Below, piece after piece: positions 17,135-27,256 of a stretch of DNA of 56,086 bases (position 1 is its first letter; each line of letters begins with the position of its first letter). The DNA is from Bacteroidales bacterium (GTDB lineage Bacteria > Bacteroidota > Bacteroidia > Bacteroidales > VadinHA17), in assembly GCA_025455395.1 (NCBI GenBank), contig JALOMO010000027.1, positions 1 through 56,086 of the forward strand, in the 5' to 3' direction. The notes under the pieces are model-generated. The model did not search any database. It was not told where the DNA came from and saw only the letters and a program-made list of their open reading frames with translations. The translations under genes and the position numbers were made by a program.

Positions 17135-20100
17135 TTACTCTTTAATGTCATCAAGAAATTTCATATCCCTGAATGCCTCCTTGTGTTTCTTGTCCCTTTC
17201 CCCTCTGCGGGCAATGAGGACGTATCCCACAGGAACGAGTATCATGGTAACCATGGTAGAGAAAACCAGTCCGCCGATAACCGCTATGCCCATAGGTCTC
17301 CAGAGCTCAGACCCCTCACCGGGGTTCACTGCCAACGGCAACATGGCAAGGATGGTTGTAAGAGAGGTCATTAGCACTGGCCTGAGCCTTGACCTTCCCG
17401 AAATGAGAACTGCCTCGTATAACTCTACTGACCTGTCACGTGTGAGGTTGATGAAGTCAACCAGTACGATGGCATTCTTCACAACAATACCGATCAGCAT
17501 CACAGCACCGATTCCTGCAATCAGGTTCAGGCTTTCTCCTGAGATGAAGAGAGCAATGGCAACACCGCTGAAGGCAAAAGGAATCGAAAGCATAATTATC
17601 ACCGGCATCTTAAGTGACTCAAACTGAGAAGCCATCACAAGATAGACCAGCAGCAGCGAGACTACGAGAAGTAACCCTATATCCATGAATGATTCAGTCA
17701 TATCTTCAAAGGCCCCTGATATCTCGACCATTACACCGGAAGGCAATGACACCTGATCAAGCTCTTTCTGTATATCAGCTACAATAAGATTCAGAGATCT
17801 CTTATAAGGTGTGACCGAAACGGTAACGATACGTTCCTTACGCTTTCTCTCAATATTGGGAGGGGTCCAGGCTTCCCTGACATCTGCTATCTCACCCAGC
17901 CTTATTACCTGTCCTGCCGGAGTGACTATTCCCAGATTTTCAATCTCAGTGATTGAGTTACGTGCAGATTCCTTGTATCGTACAACAACATCATATTCGT
18001 CACCTGCCTGGCGGAGGCGCGTTGCTGTCAGCCCGTCAACCCTGTTCTTAATCATTGCAGATGCCTGGGCAGTAGTGAGCCCGTGCATCATCAGCTTCTT
18101 ATGATCGAAGACGACCTGAAGCTCAGGCTTGGATCTTTTGCGACTAATCTGAATATCCTTGGCTCCTTCGATATTCTTAATCCTCGATGCCATTTCCTCT
18201 GCCACGAGGTTTGTCTGTGTAATATCATAACCATAAACCTCCAGGTTGACAGTATTGCCGCCCATTCCGCCCATATTCATATCGTCAGTGGTAGAAACAG
18301 AATAGTTGACTATTTCGGGCATAGGGGCCATTATCTGCCTTATGCTCTCAGCAACCTCTTCCACGCCTCTCGATCGCTCACTGACCGGAACAAGGGAAAA
18401 TGTATACTGAATGACATGTGTCCCTCCCTGGCTGAATATTGAGGCGAACCCGCCACTGTCATCATTACCTGTATTGGTGGAAATAAGTTTTACTTCAGGA
18501 ACGGTGGCCATCACCAGCGAATCAATCCTGTCAGCAACAATAACAGTATTATCAACCCTGGTACCTGTCTGCAATTCAACCGTTGCAGTACATCTAGACT
18601 CGTCAGCCACAGGCATGAACTCCTTACCGACATATTTCAGCAGTGACATTGACCCGGCAAACACAATGACAGCTATGGCAATTATGATCCTCTTGTGATG
18701 TATGGCCCAGTTCAGTGATTTCACGTAGAATCCATCCATCCAGTCAAGAAACTTATGTACTGACCCGTCCCATGTATATAGAGGAGCATCTTTTTTCAAC
18801 GGGCTCAGCTTCAGCAATCTGGCCGCAAGCGTCGGGGTTAGGGTAATTGCTGCAAAAGTTGATACGACAATTGTAATTGAAACAATCATACCAAGCTGTG
18901 AAAACATAACGCCGGTCAGCCCAGTTACGAAAGTAAGCGGGAAAAATACCGCCACTACGGTCAGGGTGGTGATGATTACTGCCAGCCATACCTCATTGGT
19001 GGCATAGATAGCAGCCTCACGCGGACTGCTGCCACGCTCAATATGCTTCGTAATATTCTCCAGAACCACAATTGCATCGTCGACCACCATCCCGATTGCG
19101 ATTGAGAGTGATGACAGTGAAATGATGTTTATTGAATTTCCGGTAATAAACAGGTAAATAAAGGCAAAGACCAGAGAAATCGGTATTGTCAGGATTATGA
19201 TAAATGTCGCTCTCCACCGACCGAGGAAGAAAAGGACTACCAGTATGACAAAGATACCTGCATACATGAGGGTCTCTGTCAGGTTATTGATTGAGCCGCT
19301 GATGAACTCTGCCGAGTCAAACAGCTTCTCTATCTTTACATCCTGCGGAAGATCCTTCGCAAGTTTCTCAAGCTCTTTCTCAGCGTCACGGCAAACCTGA
19401 ACGGTATTGGCGCCTGACATCTTCTGGATAAAGAGACCCATGCCCCTTTCTCCGTTAATCTTTGATATCAGCCTCGATTCCCTGATTGTGTCCGATACAA
19501 CTGCTACATCACTGAGAAGTATATCATTGCCTGCATAATTGCCAACAACGATATCCTTTATAATATCGCTCTCCTGAAATTCGCCCTGTACACGGATCGG
19601 GTAGTCTGTTGCACCCATTTCAAGAAATCCGGATGGCATGTTTATATTTTCTGCACGCAGGACATTACCTATCTGCTCAATGGTGAGATTATAAGCCTCC
19701 ATACGGCGGGGATCGACATCCACGTAAATCTCCCTTCCCGGTACGCCGGAAAGGGAAACGCTTCCAACACCCTCAATACGGTTAAGGGGGTTCACAACCT
19801 TCTCATCAAGGATCTTTTCCAGACCCTGGTAACTCTCATCTGCCGTGATAGCGTAAAAGACTATTGGCATCATGGCAGAGTTGAATTTCAGGATGTTGGG
19901 GTCCTCTGCGTCTTCCGGGAGGAAGTTTTCAATGAATGAGAGGTTACTCCGGATGTCATTTGAGGCTTCATCCAGGTTTGTTTCATACTCGAACTGTAAA
20001 AATATTACTGAGACGTTATCACTTGAAGTGGATGTCATCTCTTTCAGCCCTGTGACTGAACTCAGCACATCCTCAATCGGACGCGTTATGTTTGTCTCAA

Positions 20101-20275
20101 TGTCTGATGCACTTGCTCCCTGGTAACTTGTGTAAACGGAGAGGAACGGAAGCTCGATCTCCGGATACAGGTCAACGGACAACTGCGTCAGCGAGTACAA
20201 CCCCATAACCATCGTGATAACGAATATCAGAATCGTGGTTACGGGCTTCTTTACTGCACTGCTATATATACTCAT
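17135..20275 (-). CDS. RND efflux permease (AcrB/AcrD/AcrF family)
   Basis: 1046 aa with GMVVDDAIVVLEN, GIVVKNAIVLVD and RLRPVLMT. Confidence 0.95.
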   Translation of the reverse strand: MSIYSSAVKKPVTTILIFVITMVMGLYSLTQLSVDLYPEIELPFLSVYTSYQGASASDIETNITRPIEDVLSSVTGLKEMTSTSSDNVSVIFLQFEYETNLDEASNDIRSNLSFIENFLPEDAEDPNILKFNSAMMPIVFYAITADESYQGLEKILDEKVVNPLNRIEGVGSVSLSGVPGREIYVDVDPRRMEAYNLTIEQIGNVLRAENINMPSGFLEMGATDYPIRVQGEFQESDIIKDIVVGNYAGNDILLSDVAVVSDTIRESRLISKINGERGMGLFIQKMSGANTVQVCRDAEKELEKLAKDLPQDVKIEKLFDSAEFISGSINNLTETLMYAGIFVILVVLFFLGRWRATFIIILTIPISLVFAFIYLFITGNSINIISLSSLSIAIGMVVDDAIVVLENITKHIERGSSPREAAIYATNEVWLAVIITTLTVVAVFFPLTFVTGLTGVMFSQLGMIVSITIVVSTFAAITLTPTLAARLLKLSPLKKDAPLYTWDGSVHKFLDWMDGFYVKSLNWAIHHKRIIIAIAVIVFAGSMSLLKYVGKEFMPVADESRCTATVELQTGTRVDNTVIVADRIDSLVMATVPEVKLISTNTGNDDSGGFASIFSQGGTHVIQYTFSLVPVSERSRGVEEVAESIRQIMAPMPEIVNYSVSTTDDMNMGGMGGNTVNLEVYGYDITQTNLVAEEMASRIKNIEGAKDIQISRKRSKPELQVVFDHKKLMMHGLTTAQASAMIKNRVDGLTATRLRQAGDEYDVVVRYKESARNSITEIENLGIVTPAGQVIRLGEIADVREAWTPPNIERKRKERIVTVSVTPYKRSLNLIVADIQKELDQVSLPSGVMVEISGAFEDMTESFMDIGLLLVVSLLLVYLVMASQFESLKMPVIIMLSIPFAFSGVAIALFISGESLNLIAGIGAVMLIGIVVKNAIVLVDFINLTRDRSVELYEAVLISGRSRLRPVLMTSLTTILAMLPLAVNPGEGSELWRPMGIAVIGGLVFSTMVTMILVPVGYVLIARRGERDKKHKEAFRDMKFLDDIKE

Positions 20276-20300
20276 TGCGGTCTTAATCTTTAATTATACA

Positions 20301-21371
20301 CTACTTCACTACTTCCACCTTCTGACCGCCGATCAGGCGTGCCTGACCCTCGATAATAAGGTTGTCACCTTCTCGGATCTCCCCCTCGGCAATCTCTACC
20401 ATTTCATCAAATCGCTTTCCCAGTTTAACCGGGTACCGCAGGGCCACACCTTCATTTACCACGAAAAGATACCTCTCGTTAGTACCTTCCTGTATCAGTA
20501 CAGCATTTGAGGGTACCACAAAGGCTTCGGCCTGCCCCATGTCAATTGATACACGGGCAAACATTCCAGGCCTCAGTAACTCGTTGCCGTTCGGTATCTC
20601 TATCTCGGCCCTGAATGACCTTGACATCTGGTCAATTGTAGGATGAACACGGAATATTCTTCCTGTAAATTCCTTGTCAGGATATACATCAGCAGTTATT
20701 TTTGCCTTCATCCCATTTTTAATGAGAGGAAAGTTCTGCTCCGAGACGCTTACCATTACCTTCACAGGATTTATCTGCATGAGGGTTACGACAGCTGACT
20801 TACCGGAAGGTGTGGGAGCACCTGAGTAGAGCTCTCCTTCCTCAAGATACCTGCCGGTAATTATCCCGCCGAAGGGTGCCTCAAGGAGGGTGTTATCTTC
20901 CATGAAGTCCACATTGGTCTTTGTAACTTCATACTGCGCCTTCATCTGGTCATAGGTCTGCTCCTTGATGCTTCCGACCTTCAGAAGGGTATCCATCCTT
21001 GCAAGATCCTTTTCGAGGTTCGCAAGCTGTATCTTGTTTGCATAATACTGTGTACGGTCCATCAGAAAGAGCTTCTGCCCCTTCTGTACCCTGTCCCCCA
21101 CTTCGACATATATCTTGTCAACGCGACCAGGTGTTGAAGGAGCCATATTGACCTCCTCGAACGGCTGTATGGTAGCTGTATAATCAATTGTCCTTGCAAT
21201 TGTTGTCTTTGACACCGGGATGACCCTTACCGGAACGGCAGCGACAGTCTCAGCCGTCATGGCTGCAGCAGGCTTCTCTTTTGGAGTGCATGCAGTCATA
21301 ACCATGGCACCCGTAAGAATAACGGAAAATAAACTAGAGCGATTCATTGTATTGTGATTATTTGTTTTCAT
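20301..21371 (-). CDS. RND periplasmic adaptor (MFP), lipoprotein
   Basis: Lipobox MTAC, lipoyl-like VEVGDRVQKGQ, APFGGII, LRPGMFARV. Confidence 0.93.
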   Translation of the reverse strand: MKTNNHNTMNRSSLFSVILTGAMVMTACTPKEKPAAAMTAETVAAVPVRVIPVSKTTIARTIDYTATIQPFEEVNMAPSTPGRVDKIYVEVGDRVQKGQKLFLMDRTQYYANKIQLANLEKDLARMDTLLKVGSIKEQTYDQMKAQYEVTKTNVDFMEDNTLLEAPFGGIITGRYLEEGELYSGAPTPSGKSAVVTLMQINPVKVMVSVSEQNFPLIKNGMKAKITADVYPDKEFTGRIFRVHPTIDQMSRSFRAEIEIPNGNELLRPGMFARVSIDMGQAEAFVVPSNAVLIQEGTNERYLFVVNEGVALRYPVKLGKRFDEMVEIAEGEIREGDNLIIEGQARLIGGQKVEVVK

Positions 21372-21380
21372 TAATTATTA

Positions 21381-22700
21381 CTAAAGCTTGTTCATCAGTT
21401 TGTCGTAGGAAACCTTTGTCTGAAGCAGGTTCAGAAGGGCTGTCAGATAATTATTCTGGGCTGTCAGATAGTTGCTGTTAGCCTGTGTAAGTTCGAGACT
21501 GGATGCCATTCCCTGGTTATACTTGTTCTCAAAGCTTTGCAGTATCCTGGCTGCTACATCCACGTTTTCTTTCTGACTCCTGTACTGCTCGTTAGAGCTT
21601 ATCAGATTATAACGGAGCTGCTTTTCCTGCAACAGCAACTGATCTGATACCATTGCACGGTTATTATCCGCCTTGTCCAGATCAATCTTTGCCCTCTTGA
21701 TCCTTGATGTCCTCAGACCGCTGGCAAGAATAGGCACCTGCAACTGGAATCCGAGTACTGAGTTGGGATAAAAATCAAGGTCATTCAGCTCATCACCCAT
21801 TCCGGCCTGATTGTAGTAAATTGAAGCACCAAGGGAAGGAAGAACTGCAGCTTTCGCACCCTTCAGGGCAAGCTCCGACATCTGGTACTGACTTTCAATA
21901 AGCTGATAGTTAATATTCTCATTTATATCGAAATCCTCAGCGAGAAGTGCCTCAACATTTACCGTTTCAGTTACCTGGTCGAGGGTTTCTGTAAGCTTTA
22001 TTTCGGTTGTTCTTTCAACCCCGAGCACGAACCTGAGCATATTGGTTGTCAGTTCCAGGTTTCGCTGCATCGAGGCCCTTGTATTATTAAGTGTTGAAAG
22101 ATTAGCCTGGATCTGATCAACATCAGTTGCCTCAGCCATACCAACACTGTACATTGCTTTTGTAGAAACCATTGTCTCTTCGAGGTCGGCAATGTTTGCA
22201 TCAATGATCTTTATTGTCTCTTCATTCACCAGAATCAGATAATATGAAGTCATTACCGATTCCTTCGTATCTATCTCAGTCAGTTTCAACCCCTGACTTG
22301 CAAGTGTTGTAGCAAGCTTTGCAGTCTGTATTCCGACAATCCATGGAGCATTGAAGATAGCGGTTGAAGCTTGTACACCATATCCAAGATCATACTGAGT
22401 CCCGAATTTGAATGCCATTTGCTGCCCGTTCATTTCAATGATCCTTGTCATAATTGCAAGATTGTTTCCGAGTGACACGCTCCCGTCAACGGTTGGCAAC
22501 CCTGAGGCATAAGCCTCCCATACACCCTTCTCGGCAGCAAGAAGCTCATAGCGCGCCGATGTAACATTCCTGTTGTTCTCAATAGCATACTGCATTGCCT
22601 CCTCAACTGTCAGTGACAATGCTGCCGGTGCCTCCTGTGCTGATACACTGATACCCCACAGGGAGGCTGAAATACTAATTAATAATAGCAATCGTCTCAT
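21381..22700 (-). CDS. TolC-family outer-membrane efflux protein
   Basis: Likely start MRRLLLL at 22700. Signal peptide, LTVEEAMQYAIENN, AAVLPSL, KYNQGMASSLEL. Confidence 0.9.
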   Translation of the reverse strand: MRRLLLLISISASLWGISVSAQEAPAALSLTVEEAMQYAIENNRNVTSARYELLAAEKGVWEAYASGLPTVDGSVSLGNNLAIMTRIIEMNGQQMAFKFGTQYDLGYGVQASTAIFNAPWIVGIQTAKLATTLASQGLKLTEIDTKESVMTSYYLILVNEETIKIIDANIADLEETMVSTKAMYSVGMAEATDVDQIQANLSTLNNTRASMQRNLELTTNMLRFVLGVERTTEIKLTETLDQVTETVNVEALLAEDFDINENINYQLIESQYQMSELALKGAKAAVLPSLGASIYYNQAGMGDELNDLDFYPNSVLGFQLQVPILASGLRTSRIKRAKIDLDKADNNRAMVSDQLLLQEKQLRYNLISSNEQYRSQKENVDVAARILQSFENKYNQGMASSLELTQANSNYLTAQNNYLTALLNLLQTKVSYDKLMNKL

Positions 22701-22710
22701 ATAATAGTGT

Positions 22711-23325
22711 TTATAAATCCCTTTCAAGTTGTTCGATTATTTCTGTTCCAGCAGGAGTTGAGATACCACGCATGTAGCTCACCATTACGTTCTTAATGAG
22801 ATCACGCTGCAGATACTTCTCAGGAGGAAACTTTGATACATCCGATATCATTTCTCCCAGACCCTGGAAACACCTGCTGACTATCTCAATGTCTATCTCT
22901 TTTCTGAAGTGACCCTGTTCTATTCCTTTAATTATAATATTTTCTGATCCCTTATAATCAGGTAATTCACAGCTCTCCTTAATTTTTTCCAGTACCTTAC
23001 TGTGATATTTCTTAAGGTCGGCAAAGATTACCGGGTTCATGCTCCGTGTATGCTCCCTCATCATATTGATCATCCTGAAGATCGCGGCAATAATATTGGG
23101 TGACGATCTGATTGTCTCCTCAACCATTTTTCTCTGCCTGAAGACCATACACTTCAATACGGCAAGAAGGAGTTCATCTTTGTCACCATACTTTTCATAT
23201 ATGGTGCGTTTTGAAATTCCCAGCGTATGTGCAATATCATCCATGGTTACGGCTTTTATGCCTGCTACCCTGAATAACTCAGCAGCACCTGTAATAATCC
23301 TGTCATCGCATTCTTCCTGATTCAT
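22711..23325 (-). CDS. TetR/AcrR-family regulator
   Basis: N-terminal HTH GIKAVTMDDIAHTLGISKRTIY. First gene of the efflux operon. Confidence 0.93.
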   Translation of the reverse strand: MNQEECDDRIITGAAELFRVAGIKAVTMDDIAHTLGISKRTIYEKYGDKDELLLAVLKCMVFRQRKMVEETIRSSPNIIAAIFRMINMMREHTRSMNPVIFADLKKYHSKVLEKIKESCELPDYKGSENIIIKGIEQGHFRKEIDIEIVSRCFQGLGEMISDVSKFPPEKYLQRDLIKNVMVSYMRGISTPAGTEIIEQLERDL

Positions 23326-23357
23326 CCTTTTGCAACATAATCGGGCGCAAAAATCAG

Positions 23358-23374
23358 AAAACTATTTTAGTTTT
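23358..23374. promoter_or_regulatory. Putative TetR operator
   Basis: Inverted repeat AAAACTA-ttt-TAGTTTT about 33 bp upstream of the TetR start, next to a -7-like box. Confidence 0.5.
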
Positions 23375-23449
23375 GCAAGTTTTTTCTGTTAAATATTTAT
23401 TTTTTTTCTTTCAGAGTGCGGAAAATGCCGGTGAATGGAGAGCCAGAAA

Positions 23450-23582
23450 CATGGGCAAGGAGCATGGGGCAAGGGGCAGGGAGCCAGCAGAATTTGCGAT
23501 TTGCGATTTGCGATTGTCGAATTGTTTCTTCCGTCTTCGGTCTTCCGTCTTCGGTCTTCCGTCTTCCGCCCTCCGGCTTCCT
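23450..23582. repeat. Three adjacent, different heptamer tandem arrays
   Basis: ANGGRGC-like x4-5 (23450-23484), ATTTGCG x3 plus ATTGTCG (23492-23519), and TCTTCSG x6 plus 2 degenerate units (23527-23582). Confidence 0.9.
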
Positions 23583-24775
23583 TCATCGAAACAGGTAGAG
23601 GGTGCCCCGGTACTCTTTTCCGGCATACTCAATGTCATCATACCCCACGGCCCTGATCACATAATAGTAGGCACCTGCCTGGGCACGCCGGTCGCTGTAG
23701 TTTACCTTTCCGTCCCACCCCTGCCAGTCGAGAAGTGCTTCCCCACTACCCTCATAATGATACACCCGCTGTCCACCCTTGGCGAAGATCTGTACATCAA
23801 TGTACCTCAGTGATTTTTTTTCGGGAACGAAATAATCATTGTAGCCGTCTTCATTCGGGGTGAAGACATTTGGTATCTGCAGTGTTGACGGCTCAACCGT
23901 AATTGTAACTTTTGATGAATCGCGACATGTCAGCTCGCTTTCAATAATCAGGGTAACCTCGTAAGTGCCGGGTATATAATATGTATGAATCCCAGGGTCT
24001 GGGAGTGTGGATAGTGAGTCATCACCAAACTTCCACATATATAAGAGACCCCTGACTGACTTATCTGTGAATGACACCTTCAACGGCGCCTCTCCCGAAA
24101 CAGGCTCGGCAGTGAATTCTGACTTCACATGTATGGAGGTATAGTCAAATGATGATGTGTTCACGCATCCGAAGCTGTCAGTGACCTGTAGCATATACCT
24201 CACGTCAACCAGGGGAGGAGAGAATGTTATCGGATCAACGGCGAGGTCAGGAAAAGGAATTGTCGATGAAGGTGTTGAGGACCAGAGGTGTCTCACGCCG
24301 TTGGGAAGACGTCGTGCTGTTCCCGTGGCAGGGTCGTAATAGTTAAAGTGGTCTGGTGCCACTGTTCCGTCAAGGGCAACGTAGTCACATGTGTAATGGA
24401 GCAGTGCGGCATTGGCGACGGGATTATCAAGATTCACCCATGCGTAAAGTATCGTATCGTATGTGCCGCCATCTGTTATTCTGACCCTGTATCCTCCCTC
24501 CTGCAGCCCGGAGAGCGTTGAGCTGTTGCCCATCCCACCAGGCATGGGGATTGTAAAACCTCCTCCTGCCTGGTCATACCTGGTCCAGGTAAATATGAAG
24601 GGTGCTGTCCCGCCCGGACTGGTGGCAGTGAGAGTACCGGTGAGATGAAGACAGGGTCATGCCTCGTCGTTACCGGATAGGTTGTCATGCGCACTGCGCT
24701 GCTACCTGGAGCAGTTATCTGTGCCTGCGATGCAAATGACAATAATATCAATATGAGGATCAGGAGCCTTGACAC
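23583..24775 (-). pseudogene. PKD-domain protein with T9SS type-B (gliding-motility-associated) C-terminal domain, frameshifted near 24643
   Basis: The signal-peptide ORF (24775, ...HDPVFI) is out of frame with the body (LTGTLTATSPGG..., PKD GEAPLKVSF/WKFGD, CTD IPNVFTPNEDGYND...WDG...GAYYYVI...LFR). Could be an assembly error. Confidence 0.7.
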
Positions 24776-24933
24776 CCTTACTAAACGGATTAATAGATGA
24801 AAATCATATGCAAAACTAATAAAAAAACGTTGCCCTGATCAGCATTCACTCTCTGAGTGGTTAGTATTAAGGGTGTTGAAAACTTTCATAGCCTGATATG
24901 ATATCCCTTCGTCGCTCCTACCGTGGGTAATCT

Positions 24934-24941
24934 TATCTTTG
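24934..24941 (+). promoter_or_regulatory. Bacteroidetes sigmaA -7 box for uvrD/pcrA
   Basis: TATCTTTG matches TAnnTTTG, 25 nt upstream of the ATG. A divergent TAGTTTTG lies at 24811-24818 on the minus strand. Confidence 0.55.
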
Positions 24942-24966
24942 ATGCGGAAAAGCCGCTTTCCCGAAT

Positions 24967-27246
24967 ATGTTTCGCGACTACCTGAAAGAACTTAACGAAG
25001 CCCAGCAGGCTGCTGTCATCAACACCGACGGCCCGGCAATGGTGATAGCCGGTGCCGGTTCAGGCAAGACCCGCGTACTGACATACCGTATTGCTCATCT
25101 CCTTCAGTCGGGTGTACCGGCCTACCGCATCCTTGCGCTTACTTTTACCAACAAGGCAGCAGGTGAGATGAAAGAAAGGATAATAAGGATAGTGGGACAT
25201 GAGACGGCACGCAGCCTTTGGATGGGCACCTTCCACTCGGTGTTTGCACGTTTTCTGCGAAACGACGGGCATTACCTGGGCTATAAGAGTAACTTTACCA
25301 TCTACGACCAGGATAACAGCAGGAGCCTTGTGCGCACCATTATCAGGGAGATGAATCTTGATGACTCGGTCTACAAGCCTGCTGCCGTAGCCGCCCGCAT
25401 CTCACATGCAAAGAATAACCTTATAACTGCACAACAGTACGGGTCGGTGGCTCAGATAACTGAGACAGACAAAGCTTCGCGGGTGCCGGAGATGGCAACC
25501 ATCTACAGGCATTATGCCGCACGTTGCTTTAAAGCCAATGCAATGGACTTTGATGACCTGTTGCTGAATATCAATATACTCTTCCGTGACTTTCCCGAAG
25601 TGCTTGATCAATACAGAAAAAGATTCGACTTCGTCCTTGTTGACGAGTACCAGGATACCAATTATTCCCAGTACATAATTGTCCATAAGTTGTCTGAGCT
25701 TCACAGAAACCTGTGCGTGGTAGGCGACGATGCGCAGAGCATCTATTCATTCCGCGGTGCCCGTATAGAGAATATTCTCAATTTTAAGAACGATTACCCT
25801 GATTACCGTATCTTCAAGCTTGAGCAGAACTACCGGTCGACACAGACAATAGTAAACGCGGCAAACAGTGTTATCGAAAAGAATGCCGGACAAATAAAAA
25901 AGACTATTTATTCAAAAAATGAGGTGGGTGAAAAGATCAGGGTTGTCCAGACGACAATTGACAGTGAAGAGGGAATAGTCACCGCCTCTGACATCCTTGA
26001 CACCCGCATTCGTGAACGTCTTGACTGGAAGGATTTTGCAGTGTTGTACCGCACCAATGCCCAGTCACGTATCTTCGAGGAGATGCTTCGCAAGCGCAAC
26101 ATTCCCTATAAGATCTTTGGCGGGCAGTCGTTCTATGAACGGAAGGAGATCCGTGACCTGATAGCATACCTGCGGTTAGTAGTAAATCCTGATGATGAGG
26201 AGGCCCTGAAACGGATCATCAACTACCCTAAAAGGGGCATAGGTGACACAACGGTACAGAAGCTTGCCGATCTCGCCCTGAGTCTGAATGTAAGCATATG
26301 GTCCATACTATCCTCTTCAGACCTCTCTTCAACTTACCTGCAGCCGTCACTTAGGTCCAAACTGGCAACCTTTACCAACCTGGTAATGCCATTCATCTCA
26401 TCAGCTCCGACAGCAAGTGCGTACGATATGGCAAACAGGATGGCAGCTGCCAGCGGAATCATCACAGAACTGAGACAGGGAGAGGTGCCTGAAGACATTG
26501 ACAGGCTTGAAAATATCCAGGAGTTGCTGAACGGTATCAAGGAATTCACCGAGGCCGCTCTCACCAACGATGAGCCTGCCGACATTGCGACATGGCTGCA
26601 GTCAGTATCGCTGCTTACTGACCAGGACAGGGAGAAACCGGAGGAGCGTGACAAGGTCACTCTGATGACAATCCATTCTGCCAAGGGGCTTGAATTCAAA
26701 TATGTCTACATAGTAGGGCTCGAGGAAAATCTCTTCCCGTCGGCCATGAACCTGTTTAATCCGCGCGAACTCGAGGAAGAGCGCAGGCTGTTTTATGTTG
26801 CTCTCACCCGCGCCTGCAGACGCGTCACCCTGAGCTATGCCCTGAACAGGTACAAATGGGGCTCACTTGAACGCACTTCACCAAGCCGTTTCATAGGTGA
26901 GATTGAGGCTGAATTTCTCCACTACCCTCACTCAACGGGAAGGATTCACGATCAGGCAGCAGGATACGCAACAAAGAGCGTGAGCGAGAAAGAGGCCGCG
27001 TTTGTTGCAAAGCCCTCCGATAAAAAGCTGATCAGGGTGGCAAATGCCAGGGACACTCAAAGAGCGGAAATCAGCGCTCCGTCAGTTCTTCTGGCATCAG
27101 GCGACCGTGTACGGCATGAGCGGTTCGGAGAGGGAGTTGTGAAATCAGTTGAGGGTGAAGCCCCAAACACAACAGCAGTCATCGAGTTCGGACCAGCCGG
27201 ACCCAAAAAACTGCTGCTGCGGTTTGCGAAGCTTACAAAGCTCTGA
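24967..27246 (+). CDS. pcrA: ATP-dependent DNA helicase UvrD/PcrA
   Basis: AGAGSGKT, TFTNKAA, VDEYQD, VGDDAQSIY, LEQNYRS, TIHSAKGLEF, EERRLFYVALTRA, and a C-terminal Tudor-like RVRHERFGEG. Confidence 0.93.
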   Translation: MFRDYLKELNEAQQAAVINTDGPAMVIAGAGSGKTRVLTYRIAHLLQSGVPAYRILALTFTNKAAGEMKERIIRIVGHETARSLWMGTFHSVFARFLRNDGHYLGYKSNFTIYDQDNSRSLVRTIIREMNLDDSVYKPAAVAARISHAKNNLITAQQYGSVAQITETDKASRVPEMATIYRHYAARCFKANAMDFDDLLLNINILFRDFPEVLDQYRKRFDFVLVDEYQDTNYSQYIIVHKLSELHRNLCVVGDDAQSIYSFRGARIENILNFKNDYPDYRIFKLEQNYRSTQTIVNAANSVIEKNAGQIKKTIYSKNEVGEKIRVVQTTIDSEEGIVTASDILDTRIRERLDWKDFAVLYRTNAQSRIFEEMLRKRNIPYKIFGGQSFYERKEIRDLIAYLRLVVNPDDEEALKRIINYPKRGIGDTTVQKLADLALSLNVSIWSILSSSDLSSTYLQPSLRSKLATFTNLVMPFISSAPTASAYDMANRMAAASGIITELRQGEVPEDIDRLENIQELLNGIKEFTEAALTNDEPADIATWLQSVSLLTDQDREKPEERDKVTLMTIHSAKGLEFKYVYIVGLEENLFPSAMNLFNPRELEEERRLFYVALTRACRRVTLSYALNRYKWGSLERTSPSRFIGEIEAEFLHYPHSTGRIHDQAAGYATKSVSEKEAAFVAKPSDKKLIRVANARDTQRAEISAPSVLLASGDRVRHERFGEGVVKSVEGEAPNTTAVIEFGPAGPKKLLLRFAKLTKL

Positions 27247-27256
27247 TCTCTTCTGC

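Noticed and set aside
23450-23582. Possible CRISPR array
   Set aside because: The units are 7-bp tandem repeats without unique spacers, and no cas genes are present.
23373-23813. Cluster of overlapping short ORFs (RLPSS/RKTED/ICDLR repeats)
   Set aside because: These are translations of the heptamer arrays in several frames. None has credible coding features.
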